A stretch of 64,000 bases of DNA from a virus. Taxonomy: Duplodnaviria > Caudoviricetes. A model generated the notes under the pieces. It did not search any database and was not told the origin of the DNA. It worked only from the letters and a program-made list of their open reading frames with translations. Below, one piece after another: positions 34,121 through 44,133 of the stretch. A program made the translations under genes and the position numbers. Location: IMG/VR virus record IMGVR_UViG_3300034349_000079, positions 1-64,000 of that record. One strand, written 5' to 3'. Every line of letters begins with the position of its first letter. Position 1 is the first letter of the stretch.

Positions 34121-34345
34121 TCATTTGTTTAAGGCATCTATTGCTTGGCAATATTCGCCATATTTAGGGTCTTTGTAAGATTTGCAATTACAATACCAGT
34201 CTTTCATTTCCGAGCGTGTACAAGTTTTTCCTTTTGCTTTACCATCTGTCGCTGATCCGCCCTTGTTAACTTTTTTCACCAAACGACGGGAGGTTGTTTT
34301 GTTTGGCGTATTCTTTATGGTCTTGGTTATACCTAATTCAGCCAT
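34121..34345 (-). CDS. hypothetical basic Cys-containing protein
   Basis: 74-aa ORF. Confidence 0.5.
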   Translation of the reverse strand: MAELGITKTIKNTPNKTTSRRLVKKVNKGGSATDGKAKGKTCTRSEMKDWYCNCKSYKDPKYGEYCQAIDALNK

Positions 34346-34418
34346 GGTTAGCTCCGCGGTTAAAGTGAAAGCCTCAATAGAAGCTCAACAAGATCTCTAG
34401 TCTTGTTGAGCTTCGTTA

Positions 34419-36308
34419 TTATACCAGAGTCAAACATACACGACAAGAGTTTGGAGAGGCCCTTATTACCTCAACATTTACTTTTTCGTGTCCGTCTGTA
34501 AAACGGTGGAACTCTGCCGCTGTTGCAGGAATGGGCTTCAAGTCCGCTACCTTGTATGCGCCATTCACCCATCCAGTATCGCAGATCATGGTGATCAATC
34601 TCGCAGTTTGTTTGCCAAACCGTTGGAAAAGCTCCGGGGGGGCAAACCTCGCGCTAAGACGAGGCGGGCCGAACGCGATCAAAGCGATGTTGGCATCTTC
34701 GGTGGAGAATTTCTCTCCACCAATCGAACCCGTCAAACTGGCAATCTCAAACTGCCCACGTATCGTTCTAAGCTGTTCGATCAGATCGGCCTTATAGCCT
34801 TCACGTAGCGCTTCATCTTCGATCTCTTCTGCACCAGCGGCTTCTCCGAGGTCGGATGCCAAAGTGCGGTAATTCAGGGCTAGGCTCTTCATTGCCGAAG
34901 CGGCAAGCGGATTACAGGCCGCTCTTGCACCTTCTAGGATCGAGTTTGGTAGGCGAGCATTAGCCTGGTTACGAAAGAACTCCACGTCTGTGAAGAGTTG
35001 GTTTAGTACCAGGGCGCGATTGGCCAGGGCGTGCTCGAATAGCGTACCCTCATCCCAGGTACCGATTTCTACAGCATTTATCAAGGCGATCCATGCCAGG
35101 CGCTTGTTCTCTAGTCCTCCGACGTTTTTGAGCTTGTTGATAAAGTCCGTGATAAATGGCTTTTCAGCCCCATGTTGTCGAACCAATTCCATCAACATGA
35201 GGAACTGAGACTCGACTGTTGCGTTATCGACCGGATGTTTCTTAGCCTGTACCGACGCTTGAGCGACGCCTGCCAATATGCCGCGCAGATGTTCGTCGGC
35301 CAGACCGCGTTCGATCAGCCGCATAGCAGCGAGGATAGTAGGACCTAGCCTACCTGTCACTGTCGATGCAGCAGCTTCGATCATTTGTTTACCGACGTCG
35401 TCAGAGGCGTATTGCTTTGCTTCAGGAGCCAAATAGTCCGGTCTGGATACGGCTCCCTTGGGAAGCAAGACCGCGCTTGGGGCGTAAATTACCCCATTAT
35501 CCCCATCGAAATCTCCACCTCCGGCTTTCCAGTGTTTGGAAGCTGGGTTAAGGATGATGCCATAGATAGCACGAACGGTATCATCGAGCCATTCCAGCAC
35601 ACCAGTGTACATTGCCGGATACATGGATGTCCCGTCTGGCAAAGCTGGATCACGGTGAATCAGGAACCACCGGCCCATCAGTTCATGCGGCTTGACACCG
35701 AGTTGCTTCGCCAATTTGAGGGCTGAGCCCTTCAGTAGCATGAAGCACGGAAACTCTTGATGTTCAAACCTCTCATCATAGGCACCAAAGCGCTCGGATG
35801 GAGTACTTGGCACCAGGGTTGAGCCGTAAATGATGGCTCTTATTCCAGGCGTTTCCAAGCGGTTAAAAGCATCCCATGGCGCGAGTTGATCAAGCAGAAG
35901 GGCTGGCGGGACACCAAATTCGATCTTTAGCTTGCTGTCACGGCCGAGAAGGTCGAGCGCGGTTTTTGTAGTATACCGCAAGGAGTCTTGGTCGAGAAGA
36001 GCAGCGGGATCCTTTGCGCTGAACGAAACGGTCTGCAAGGCCAAGCGGCAACGTTGCTCTCCGATTTCACCTAATTTGTGAAATTTTCCGCTCCCCCCTA
36101 GCGGCTTGCCGAAGCCAGCCTCGTCGCACTTCATCTCCTCTTCATACTCTCCCGTACGGGGATTGTATAGCAACGGACGAACAATTCCCTTGGCTATGGT
36201 AATTGCCCCATCTACGGCTGTTGAGATGAACGTTCCCTGGGCTGGCTCGGAAACACGTGGCCCTAGATATAATGTTCCATCATTTTCGGAACTTTTGAAG
36301 CTTTTCAT
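34419..36308 (-). CDS. single-chain two-barrel RNA polymerase (YonO / RdRP-like)
   Basis: RLETPGIRAII, HRDPALP, GGGDFDGD catalytic motif. Confidence 0.75.
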   Translation of the reverse strand: MKSFKSSENDGTLYLGPRVSEPAQGTFISTAVDGAITIAKGIVRPLLYNPRTGEYEEEMKCDEAGFGKPLGGSGKFHKLGEIGEQRCRLALQTVSFSAKDPAALLDQDSLRYTTKTALDLLGRDSKLKIEFGVPPALLLDQLAPWDAFNRLETPGIRAIIYGSTLVPSTPSERFGAYDERFEHQEFPCFMLLKGSALKLAKQLGVKPHELMGRWFLIHRDPALPDGTSMYPAMYTGVLEWLDDTVRAIYGIILNPASKHWKAGGGDFDGDNGVIYAPSAVLLPKGAVSRPDYLAPEAKQYASDDVGKQMIEAAASTVTGRLGPTILAAMRLIERGLADEHLRGILAGVAQASVQAKKHPVDNATVESQFLMLMELVRQHGAEKPFITDFINKLKNVGGLENKRLAWIALINAVEIGTWDEGTLFEHALANRALVLNQLFTDVEFFRNQANARLPNSILEGARAACNPLAASAMKSLALNYRTLASDLGEAAGAEEIEDEALREGYKADLIEQLRTIRGQFEIASLTGSIGGEKFSTEDANIALIAFGPPRLSARFAPPELFQRFGKQTARLITMICDTGWVNGAYKVADLKPIPATAAEFHRFTDGHEKVNVEVIRASPNSCRVCLTLV

Positions 36309-37175
36309 ACATGACTCTTTTAGTCGTCGTACTGTTAGTCTTCTCTTGGTTCTTGCCTTTCACGAGGCGCTGGTAAAGGCCGTTTATCTCTCCGGGCTTG
36401 TCGCCTATTTTTCTCATTTTCTTTCTTGGATTCTTTGATTTCCATCCATTCTTCTGTGCGCGGTTTTCTCATAGTAGTTGTAAAGCAAGAAGTGGAATTC
36501 CAAGCGCAAATGCGACTAACCAGCCGAGTCTAAAGAGGTCCCCAAGCTGTTGAAAATTAAGTGCAGATATATTACGTGTCGATATAAACAAACAGAAAGC
36601 CATGAGGGCTAAAACAAATAGTGCAAACATCTCAGTATCCTGGGTGAACGTAGTCTAGTCGTGGGTCATCGAAATAATCGTCCGTGTCATCGGGTTCTTC
36701 TTTTTTAATCTTTTTTGGTAATGGATAATCAGGTGGCCCATCAATCCATGTGGCCTCCCATTCCTTGTATGCTTGAGTGAAAGTTTGTTGCATTTTTCAA
36801 AGTATTCCATTGGTTAAGAATCCTATCGATTCTTATAAGTGGGAGGCCACCCACTCTTTCAAGTGTGTAGCGATCCTAGACGAGGACGACTACTAGGTCG
36901 TCCATGAACTAGGTATCTGGTTCTCCAAGACGCTTTGGAATCATAGGCCAGAGTCCATACAGCCATAAGCTGCGTGTTCCCAATGCGCCCACAAACGGCC
37001 GATGGCGGCGGATTGCGGTTGGGCATCGCCCTCAAGGACCATGCTGTCATAGGCAAGCACCAGGAGGAGGTCATCGACGCAGAATTGGTTGTTGTAATAC
37101 ACAGTAGTTCTTCTTTATTGATTGGGCGAGCGAGTGTTCTTTTAAGGCTAGTATACGCTCTATTGGCCAGAGTTT

Positions 37176-37751
37176 CTAGTCCAAATCCAATTCTTCGCTC
37201 GATGATCCGGGCCGCCGAAGCAGGATAGCGACACGGAGAAAGTTGCGAGATCCAAAAGCTGCGAAAACCTCCTCAGGATCCTTGCAAAAATAGGCCCGCT
37301 CATCGGCCATTCCCACCGGGTATAGGCCAAGGCACTCGCAGGCTTCAAGTATGATTGCAACAATCTCGGGGGAAAAACCTTCCTCAGATTTCGCTATTTT
37401 GATCTTGTAGCGATCTACCAGGGGCCTGAATCGTTGGGGTTCTGCCCGTGCATACACCTGATCCATTATACCCTGGTCACCAGGAAGTGGGGTGGTCGTG
37501 TATACGATACAAGCTGAAGCCGTTTGCCTGAAGACTTCCGCCCTTTTAGCCTCGTATAGCAGCATGGCCCTATCTGCTTGTTTGCCCTCTTTCATGGCGT
37601 TTCCGATCTCTGCCCAAATCCTCGCGGCAGGAATACGGTTATTGTCTAACAGCACACCCGGATGACCCCACGTAGTCACCGGAATGGAAAGAACACTCGT
37701 GCCGTCGGTAATCTCAAGGATGTTGTCATTGATCGCTTCTGTTATTCGCAT
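37176..37751 (-). CDS. hypothetical protein
   Basis: ORF probably starting MRITEAIND, directly downstream of repeat copy 2. Confidence 0.6.
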   Translation of the reverse strand: MRITEAINDNILEITDGTSVLSIPVTTWGHPGVLLDNNRIPAARIWAEIGNAMKEGKQADRAMLLYEAKRAEVFRQTASACIVYTTTPLPGDQGIMDQVYARAEPQRFRPLVDRYKIKIAKSEEGFSPEIVAIILEACECLGLYPVGMADERAYFCKDPEEVFAAFGSRNFLRVAILLRRPGSSSEELDLD

Positions 37752-37775
37752 CTTACACCTTGTTTTGCGGGGAAG

Positions 37776-37950
37776 ATTTGTAATGTAAAAACCAACCAAA
37801 CTAGAACCGTAGACTTGTTATTGTTTTTTAGAAAAAAAACTTTAACTCTTTTAGAAAAACTACTTACAACTTCTTTTCTTTACTAAGAGCAAAAGAATCA
37901 ATGACTTATGGGTGTAAGCGAGAATCATTCTAGATTACACGCTTACACCC
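37776..37950. repeat. ~175-bp AT-rich dispersed repeat, copy 2
   Basis: matches 22921..23093. Confidence 0.9.
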
Positions 37951-38036
37951 ATGATTACGCTCGTGTTTCTAACCAGAGCGTAAACCCTGGCTGGACCACA
38001 ATCCATAGAATCAAAGCCAAGGCTAATGCATCCATA

Positions 38037-38550
38037 TCACCCCGCCCGGTTCAAAACCAGATTATCGACCGCTTGGTAAAAGGCGATCAGCAGACCGGTG
38101 TGGCTGTTGAAGGTGTCGTTGGTGCCGCAGACTGCGTGGCCCGAACCAACGGACAGGGTATCGTCTTTCTCCCGATACTGGACAGCGACGAAAGTCGTCC
38201 GGTCTTCGACATCAATGACGATGTCGGTAATGACGATATCGTAGGCTTCCAGATCTTTGGCGGTGGTCTTGTATCCATTGGTTGAGCGACGGAGTGCTTC
38301 CTGCGCGTGGCGCTTCAGATCAAAGCCCTGTTGAGTGGCCCGGGACTTGGCCTTCTTCAGGCGACGACGCAGGTCGACGTTGGTCTGCTCCAGGTCATCG
38401 GCGCGGGTTACTTGGCGCCAGTAACGCTGTTCATAGGCCTCTGCGCGCTCTTCGCTGACAGCAGCGTCGGCTTGAGCTTGGGCGGCTAATTGGTAAGCAA
38501 CTCGTGCTTTGACTTCATTCAAGACGGCTTCTTCGGAAACGTGGGACATT
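38037..38550 (-). CDS. hypothetical coiled-coil protein
   Basis: start probably MSHVSEE. Confidence 0.65.
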
Positions 38551-38592
38551 TTGTGTTCTCTTCGGTTAAACAGACAATTAAGCGCGACAGCG

Positions 38593-38883
38593 CTATTCAT
38601 AGATCTCTATGGCTCTCTTTAGGACCTCTTTTAGAGTGCCTTCAGCAGCGAGTATCGCTGGATACAGTACGATGGAGCGACTGTTTGCCCACCGGTCAAA
38701 GGAGAGGCTGTTGGCTAAATGGATCTCGGTGGTGTCACTATTGTTACCACCGGAGCCGAGATGAACCATAATCTCGCAGTTTCCGATATGTCTGTGGATA
38801 CTGGATCTATCACTGTCATACCAACCAAGTACGAAATCCAGAATTTGGTTTATTGCGTCTTTCTTCTTCATTTGGCGCTCCAA
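38593..38883 (-). CDS. hypothetical protein (paralog of 38901..39149)
   Basis: MKKK.AI..., L.P.I......KE.LKRA.EI.E. Confidence 0.65.
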   Translation of the reverse strand: MERQMKKKDAINQILDFVLGWYDSDRSSIHRHIGNCEIMVHLGSGGNNSDTTEIHLANSLSFDRWANSRSIVLYPAILAAEGTLKEVLKRAIEIYE

Positions 38884-38900
38884 ACAGACAGTTCAACGCT

Positions 38901-39149
38901 TCACTCAAAGATCTCTACGGCCCTCTTTAGGATCTCCTTAGCAAGCGGACCGTGATCGTAGATCGTTGGAAGCAAGATCATGGCTCGACTGGCAGACCAG
39001 CCTTGCCATCCTACCACGCTGGCTATGTGGATTTTGTTCTTGTAAACGGCCAAGCGACAGTTACCGACTGTGCATTCAAACCTCTCAGCGGACTTACTGG
39101 AAAAGAGTGCTCCGTGCAACAGTTTTCGTATTGCCTTTTTCTTTTTCAT
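38901..39149 (-). CDS. hypothetical protein (paralog of 38593..38883)
   Basis: same N- and C-terminal pattern. Confidence 0.65.
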   Translation of the reverse strand: MKKKKAIRKLLHGALFSSKSAERFECTVGNCRLAVYKNKIHIASVVGWQGWSASRAMILLPTIYDHGPLAKEILKRAVEIFE

Positions 39150-39200
39150 CTTTGATTCTCGCTGCTATTGGCCCGTCAGTAGAACCTAAAATTGTGGGTG

Positions 39201-39274
39201 TGGGGGGCCCGGGAGTCGAACCCGGACCTTAGCAGCTTAAGTGGCTGCGATACTTGCCGTTGTACGAACCCCCC
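39201..39274 (-). tRNA. trnK: tRNA-Lys(CTT)-like, with A33
   Basis: GCAGC-CACTTAA-GCTGC, GGGGGGT/GCCCCCC acceptor. Confidence 0.7.
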
Positions 39275-39396
39275 TTTGTTGATGTAGCATAGCAGATGCA
39301 GTACCATTGCCGTACTGTTTTGCTTCAAAGTACCCACTTCTATAGAGCGTAGTATAAGGATATTCTGGCTCTATTTTCATGGATATACCTGTATTT

Positions 39397-39472
39397 TGAG
39401 ACGCCTCGGATTCGAACCGAGGACCTATTCCTTAAAGGGGAACTGCTACTAACCAGGCTGAGCTAGCGTCTC
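39397..39472 (-). tRNA. trnK: tRNA-Lys(TTT), with C33
   Basis: GTTCC-CCTTTAA-GGAAT. Confidence 0.8.
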
Positions 39473-39488
39473 GTTGAAAAAATGTTCA

Positions 39489-39562
39489 TGGGCCGGGAAG
39501 GATTCGAACCTCCGATCTAGAAATTATGAGTTTCTTGGCTTAGGCCACTAGCCAACCGGCCC
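39489..39562 (-). tRNA. tRNA-Ile2/Met(CAT)
   Basis: AGAAA-CTCATAA-TTTCT; GGGCCGG/CCGGCCC acceptor. Confidence 0.85.
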
Positions 39563-40431
39563 TATTTAATCAGTATTTGACCCTCACACGAAAGTGAGGC
39601 AGCGGGCAGCGTTACATCTATACAGACCAACGCTGCAATCATTGCCATTATGAAGATAGCAACTAACCATTTGTTCATAGTAGCACCAGTACAAGCACCA
39701 AGATCCAGGCTATTAGCCCATACCACGCTGGGGTCCAATTAATGGACAAGTCTTCGTTGACGTCTATTGAGCGCTGGCGTTGAGCTTCTACGCTGTTGCT
39801 GAAGCGGTGCCAGAGTTTATACGTAAACTGCAACGCCATCAGAAGCAAGCACACGACAGCTAGCGCCGTGATAGCAATTGTGCAAGCCAATAGCAGCCAA
39901 TCGAACATATTATTTCCGGACGATCACGTTACCGCGAAGTAGGATCAGGGTGATTAAAGAGGCAAACCAGGAAGTACTGGTAAGGCCAACGCCGGTCGCA
40001 AACAGCGTGCTCGTCGACCACACGAGCAAAGCGGGGACCAGCCAGACCAAGAAAAGGAGGATCGCCCCCACCACAATTATTGCAGCGCCGTTGGTTACAG
40101 ATGACTTCGAACGCTGTGCGTTGAAAGCTTGTCGGAATTTCGTGTTCATATATTACCTCGCTATTTTTTGAAGGCCCAGAAAACCCGGGGCTTTAAATTT
40201 CGACCTATTCTACCACAGCGTCAACAGCCTCTCAAAGCCCTGCTTTTCCTGCCATTACAAACCTCCAAAGGAAAGGTCTTGTTATCTCGGCTATCGTTAG
40301 GAATATTGCACCAGTCGGCGCGAGCTGCCCTGTTAGCAGCACTCCTGGCCTTGCATCCGTTAAATGCGTCCTTCTTGGTCTTGCCAGGTTTGCGGACGAA
40401 CTTTTCGTCGCGAACACGGATATCGGTCATG

Positions 40432-40776
40432 TTATGTTGCTTCTGTTTTTGCCGCGGGGTTGATAGGGAACACGTTGGTGCTTGATAACATTTCGTGTCC
40501 AGGTTTGCGTAAAAGCATTACGCGTTTCGTACTTGTAAAGTAGTCGACGTCGACTGGGACAGCGATGTCGCCAAGTTGAAACTCTGCCGGAGCTGGAGGG
40601 TCGTTCCCATACGCAACTTCCAGATTGACGAGAGCAGTGACTATCTGATGGACCTTTATGATCGTAGCATGATAGTCGTCACCACAGATGGACTCCCCAA
40701 CAAAATTGCGGGGAAGGAATTCGTAGAACCCATTAGTCGTGTTTAAGACGCATGGATAAAGTAATGTACTTCTCAC
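40432..40776 (-). CDS. hypothetical protein
   Basis: 114-aa ORF with GGAG RBS. Confidence 0.6.
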   Translation of the reverse strand: MRSTLLYPCVLNTTNGFYEFLPRNFVGESICGDDYHATIIKVHQIVTALVNLEVAYGNDPPAPAEFQLGDIAVPVDVDYFTSTKRVMLLRKPGHEMLSSTNVFPINPAAKTEAT

Positions 40777-41126
40777 ATCTCACCTCCATGGGGTGGGTCG
40801 GGCGGGGAGCAGAAAAAATAACTAGGCAGATTCCCTGGTAGAAACTAAAGTTTACTAACATAAGGCCGCCGTTATGACGCCATTGGTCAATCCACGGTGG
40901 TGTAGCAGAAACAGAAGTTTGTCTATCTCGCCAATCCTTCAAAGTTACATGTTTCATCCTGAAGGTTCGCGCCATGAGCAGCACCTCTATAACAGAAAAG
41001 AAAAAACAATTAAGCGCGACAGCGCACTCCTAAAACTCCCTTTTTCTCTTTCGCGAAGCGTTTTGTCGCACCACAGCTCACCAGGGTGAAAATCAAGCAA
41101 ACTTCCTTGTCACCGATAAACTCCTG

Positions 41127-41465
41127 TTATTTTCCAAAGAGATCCTGAAGCATTTTTTCCTGTTGAATTTCTATCACCTCAAAACGAACACGTTGAAGAT
41201 TTATACGAAACTCGTCGGGCAAATCAGCAACTTCATCCTCCGTCAAAAGTGCCAAACTGAGATCTTCTTTGAAACGTAAAAAACTAGTGCAGAAAGCACA
41301 AATAGTAATGTCTCCAGGTTCAGGTCTATACGTGACACCAGGTTTCCCCATCAAAGATTCCATAGGTACAGCAGCCGTAATAGCTTGCTTACATACAGGA
41401 CAAACAGCATTAGCCATAAAATAGGATTTCTTGCGGGTCATAAATAACTTCATAGAATTAAACAA
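41127..41465 (-). CDS. Cys4 zinc-ribbon family protein (paralog 1)
   Basis: CPVC...PGDITICAFC..FL.F..D..L. Confidence 0.7.
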   Translation of the reverse strand: MFNSMKLFMTRKKSYFMANAVCPVCKQAITAAVPMESLMGKPGVTYRPEPGDITICAFCTSFLRFKEDLSLALLTEDEVADLPDEFRINLQRVRFEVIEIQQEKMLQDLFGK

Positions 41466-41498
41466 GGAGAGATATATATTGATGGTTGTCGTCCGTAC

Positions 41499-41774
41499 TT
41501 ACATATATAACGATTTAATTCGATCAATAACCTCCCTTACTGCTTGAATAGCCATTCGAAACTCATCTGGCAAATCAAGGATTTCTTGCTCCGTTATAAG
41601 TCGAAGTTTCATATCATCCTCAAAAACGAGAAAACTAGCGCATTCTACGCATATTGTGACATCGCCAGGAATAACCTGCCTATTTTTGCCGACAAGAACA
41701 CTATTCAAACGTGCTTGACAAACAGGACAAAGACTGGTAGGAGTACTGAGAACTTTACAAAGTTTTTCAAACAT
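41499..41774 (-). CDS. Cys4 zinc-ribbon family protein (paralog 2)
   Basis: CPVC...PGDVTICVEC.SFLVF. Confidence 0.7.
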   Translation of the reverse strand: MFEKLCKVLSTPTSLCPVCQARLNSVLVGKNRQVIPGDVTICVECASFLVFEDDMKLRLITEQEILDLPDEFRMAIQAVREVIDRIKSLYM

Positions 41775-41834
41775 AACAGCCTCTCATTGACGTAAGTACA
41801 GTTCCATCCGCCTGCGGCAGACAGAACCGCACTA

Positions 41835-42404
41835 TTATTTGGAAGATACCAAGTGTTTAAAACGCTGGTAAGCATAACTGACGATAAAAACAGCTAAAGC
41901 TTCAGCGCTTTCTAAGCCATTCCGTTTGACAAAATCTGAACCGTGAAGTTCATCACGGCAAGTTATCAGAGCGTCAAAGGCAATCCGATCATCTCTGGTC
42001 TTTATCACCCTTTGCATGTCCCACTGATCAGCAGCAGCATTCAAATCCTCGCGGTCTCCGCGAAGGCCAATATAGGCAAATCGACGACAGTCGAATTCGC
42101 GGCAACTGGCGGGACGGATAGGATAAATGCTGCAATGATCTTCAATCAGATAAGAACATGTACCATCTTTTGTACGGGGTAAAACACGCGGAAACATCGT
42201 ACCCGCGGTAACTTCCAAAGCCGAGTTATCGGTAGGAAGCACTTCAATTTCATAGCCATGACAGCAAGCGGTACAAGTACCACAAGGAACATTGTTGCTG
42301 AAAGGACGACGGTCAATATACGCTTGGAAAACGGCATTCGTATGTCGTAACCAAGACGCGACGGAACCTGGGTACTTAGTACCTGGAAGAGCCGGAGCAG
42401 TCAT
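41835..42404 (-). CDS. YkgJ-family Cys-cluster (Zn/Fe-S) protein
   Basis: CGTCTACC...CSYL...CSIYPIRPASCREFDC. Confidence 0.8.
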   Translation of the reverse strand: MTAPALPGTKYPGSVASWLRHTNAVFQAYIDRRPFSNNVPCGTCTACCHGYEIEVLPTDNSALEVTAGTMFPRVLPRTKDGTCSYLIEDHCSIYPIRPASCREFDCRRFAYIGLRGDREDLNAAADQWDMQRVIKTRDDRIAFDALITCRDELHGSDFVKRNGLESAEALAVFIVSYAYQRFKHLVSSK

Positions 42405-42412
42405 AGATCCTC

Positions 42413-42658
42413 CTAATGACGTTTAGTAGCATTAACAGCAGTGCGAAGTCTCTGCATAAGTATGCGCATCGAATCTTTCAACCCCACGATCTCAACTTCG
42501 GTCATAAGTTTGAGCCTATAATCAGTGTCTAAAATAAGAAAAGAACCGCAACTAAAGCATACGCTATGGTTACCCGGTTCCGGTTCTTGAACAGCAAGCG
42601 CCAGTTTGTACTTAGTACTACAAACTGGACAAAAAGTATCTATGGCTTTAATAGACAT
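42413..42658 (-). CDS. Cys4 zinc-ribbon family protein (paralog 3)
   Basis: CPVC...PGNHSVCFSCGSFL. Confidence 0.7.
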   Translation of the reverse strand: MSIKAIDTFCPVCSTKYKLALAVQEPEPGNHSVCFSCGSFLILDTDYRLKLMTEVEIVGLKDSMRILMQRLRTAVNATKRH

Positions 42659-42671
42659 GACTTTACCTCAT

Positions 42672-43193
42672 TCAGTGTTTATCACATTCTCGGCGAGCTT
42701 GCATCATCTCAATACGAATCTGATCTGGAAGTTCAACGACCTCATCTTCGGTCATAACTCGAAGCTTGAGATCGTTATCAAAAACCAAGAAACTACCACA
42801 CTTACCGCAAATACCGGGATTACCGGGTTTTACGGCTTCGAAGTAAACAGTTGCTATAGCCAGATTCAAAGAGTACTCGCACACAGGGCAAGTATCGTTT
42901 ATATCAAGCTTCGCAGGATGCTCAATAGCCATTATCTGAGCACGAAAACTCACAAGCTTTCTGGAAAACCATCGGGGGAGATTAAGAACCTCCGATTCAG
43001 TTATAACCCTAAGGTTCATTTGCTGATCAAAAACTAGGATATTTCCACAGAAATTACACATAGCAATGTCATTAGGTCGAACGGAAGACCCGTCTGTCGA
43101 AATAGCCGTGTTAATATACTTGTGGCACGCTGGACATTCAGTACTGGGAAAAGAGCCTGCAAATAGCATGATACTTACCTCATAATGTGACAA
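42672..43193 (-). CDS. Cys4 zinc-ribbon family protein with two tandem domains (paralog 4)
   Basis: CPAC..PNDIAMCNFC and CPVC..PGNPGICGKC. Confidence 0.7.
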   Translation of the reverse strand: MSHYEVSIMLFAGSFPSTECPACHKYINTAISTDGSSVRPNDIAMCNFCGNILVFDQQMNLRVITESEVLNLPRWFSRKLVSFRAQIMAIEHPAKLDINDTCPVCEYSLNLAIATVYFEAVKPGNPGICGKCGSFLVFDNDLKLRVMTEDEVVELPDQIRIEMMQARRECDKH

Positions 43194-43290
43194 GAGCTAT
43201 CCAGGCACCCGTCGGTGCCTGGTAAGCTTGCGTAGATTGCATGACCAAGCGTCCCTGATTTTGCAATCCATTTTGTTGGGATACCATGGC

Positions 43291-43848
43291 TTATGCCATT
43301 ACAAACTCGATCTTGTAGAACAATCGATCGAACAGACGCATGATCAATGCATACAGCCCAATAACTGCCCTATACGAACGTGTAGCAGGCCAGCCGCCAG
43401 CAGCTTGGTCCATGGTCCAAGACACAACTAGCGGAGCAGGTGCTTCGACCTTGCCGTTACGGAAGCCAACGATCAGCGCCTTACACCAGGCGGTAAGCCA
43501 GGTGAATGCAGACGCGACTTGCTTGCTAAGCTTAACCTCGCCGTCGACAGCCAATCGTTGAGTTCCGAAGAAACAACGTAGCTCACGGCCAAGAACAGCG
43601 TAGATCAAAGCGCAGAGAACTGCGGTCGTAAAACCACCAAGCGTGGCAGCAGCGATGCCCATCAGCCAGAGGCCGAACAGGACATCGCTAACAACCAGAT
43701 AGCCTAGCAGCTTCGGTAAGTGCTCCAGCGGCAGTATGTACAGCAAGCCCAATGCGGCAATGACGGCGAGCAAAAACTCACCGCCAAAAACCACATAGGC
43801 AAGCAGCACTAATGCGACCGCTAGAAAAACAGCGGTCTCTCTATCCAT
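43291..43848 (-). CDS. membrane protein
   Basis: several hydrophobic segments. Confidence 0.65.
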   Translation of the reverse strand: MDRETAVFLAVALVLLAYVVFGGEFLLAVIAALGLLYILPLEHLPKLLGYLVVSDVLFGLWLMGIAAATLGGFTTAVLCALIYAVLGRELRCFFGTQRLAVDGEVKLSKQVASAFTWLTAWCKALIVGFRNGKVEAPAPLVVSWTMDQAAGGWPATRSYRAVIGLYALIMRLFDRLFYKIEFVMA

Positions 43849-43852
43849 GGAA

Positions 43853-44110
43853 TCACGCTGCCAGAGCCGGGGCCGACGAACGGAACCAATCGGTCACACC
43901 GTTGTAGGCCAACATAGCTCCGCCGGACACAAGCCCGATGAGCAGCACGGTGATACCGGCAATAAGCTCGGAGATGAACGGAACAAACAGGAAAGTCAGG
44001 GCGATCATGAACGCCGTACCGGCGCTCGTGAAAAACACCCAGACCAACAGAAAGGCAGTAAGGAACTGCGCAGTCTTAGAAACGAAATAAGCGGTGCTAA
44101 GGTCTTGCAT
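43853..44110 (-). CDS. membrane protein
   Basis: hydrophobic 85 aa with GGAG RBS. Confidence 0.6.
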   Translation of the reverse strand: MQDLSTAYFVSKTAQFLTAFLLVWVFFTSAGTAFMIALTFLFVPFISELIAGITVLLIGLVSGGAMLAYNGVTDWFRSSAPALAA

Positions 44111-44133
44111 GACATACTCCGGGAGTGACAGGG

